This document shows, one piece after another, positions 38,315 to 38,860 of a stretch of 38,860 bases of DNA (positions within the stretch are counted from its first letter, which is position 1; each line of letters begins with the position of its first letter). Position numbers and translations under genes: made by a program. The notes under the pieces are model-generated. The model ran no database searches. It had not been told where the DNA came from and saw only the letters and a program-made list of their open reading frames with translations. The stretch lies in sequence record SRR20825019_232; one strand, 5' to 3'.

Positions 38315-38755
38315 ATGAATCAGCAAACATCTTTAAAAACGAAAAATCGCAATACTGTACTCTTTGGAATAATGTTGTTTGTTGGCATATTATGTATGGT
38401 GCTTAGCTTAAACTCTTGTCGCAAGGAAATCTCTCGACCCTTCAGGATTGTAAATAATTCAGGTGTTGACATTGTAAATATGTCTTTCGGGGGCGCTATT
38501 GAAGGGAATGAAATTTCGGTAGACAAGGGCGAAACATCTGACGTTATCTACCTTTCTTATGAACGAAGAATTCGTGTGACGCCTAAAATTTTGCGTGTAA
38601 ACATCAATAGTATTTTGCCGACGTCCAATTTGATAATGGTACAACCAAATGCTATTCCGTTCGACAAAAAAGATTTGAGTGAGTACAACAATTTTCTTAC
38701 AATTACCTCGAAAGATACAGGAGATTCGTTGTTTTTTTATATCGAGTTAAGCTAA
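38315..38755 (+). CDS. hypothetical lipoprotein
   Basis: lipobox LNSC followed by RKE; beta-rich. Confidence 0.65.
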   Translation: MNQQTSLKTKNRNTVLFGIMLFVGILCMVLSLNSCRKEISRPFRIVNNSGVDIVNMSFGGAIEGNEISVDKGETSDVIYLSYERRIRVTPKILRVNINSILPTSNLIMVQPNAIPFDKKDLSEYNNFLTITSKDTGDSLFFYIELS

Positions 38756-38860
38756 GGATTGTTATTACTAGTGTCCAATTGAATCGGGAAAAGATAGAAT
38801 GGAATGTTCGTAGCAGAAAAGGACCATTATGCAGGAAATGTAGAAAATAAGATGAATGGA

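Noticed and set aside
38804-38860. Possible partial ORF at the window end
   Set aside because: Only 19 codons visible; unsupported
1-38860. CRISPR array, IS/transposase, integrase or prophage genes
   Set aside because: No regularly spaced repeats or recognisable mobile-element proteins seen; the other short overlapping ORFs in the track are treated as shadows

Overview
Chromosomal window from a Bacteroidota (Flavobacteriales-like) bacterium. The assignment rests on TAnnTTTG -7 promoters, a T9SS C-terminal domain protein and the glgA-like/DUF4270/glmS/panC/panD arrangement. The window starts in the 3' half of tRNA-Met, followed by a small islet bounded by a degenerate copy of the tRNA 3' end, then a MarR/GbsR-TolC-MFP-RND efflux operon with two matching operators. 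The most interesting part is 7.2-13.8 kb. A TPR-sensor histidine kinase and a NarL/LuxR regulator are flanked by a divergent caspase-family (C14) protease, a small basic-tailed protein, an internally duplicated membrane protein, a lipoprotein with a beta-rich C-terminus and a secreted metzincin. A palindrome (TCACTA-N4-TAGTGA) occurs twice there and lies exactly 22 nt upstream of the -7-like box of three flanking promoters, which suggests a self-contained, protease-rich regulon. The rest is mostly housekeeping or envelope genes: an O-acetylation MBOAT/SGNH cluster, yyaL-like, ATL, glmS, panC/panD, rfaE2, a VWA protein and a DjlA-like protein. All calls come from motif reading only; no database searches were run.
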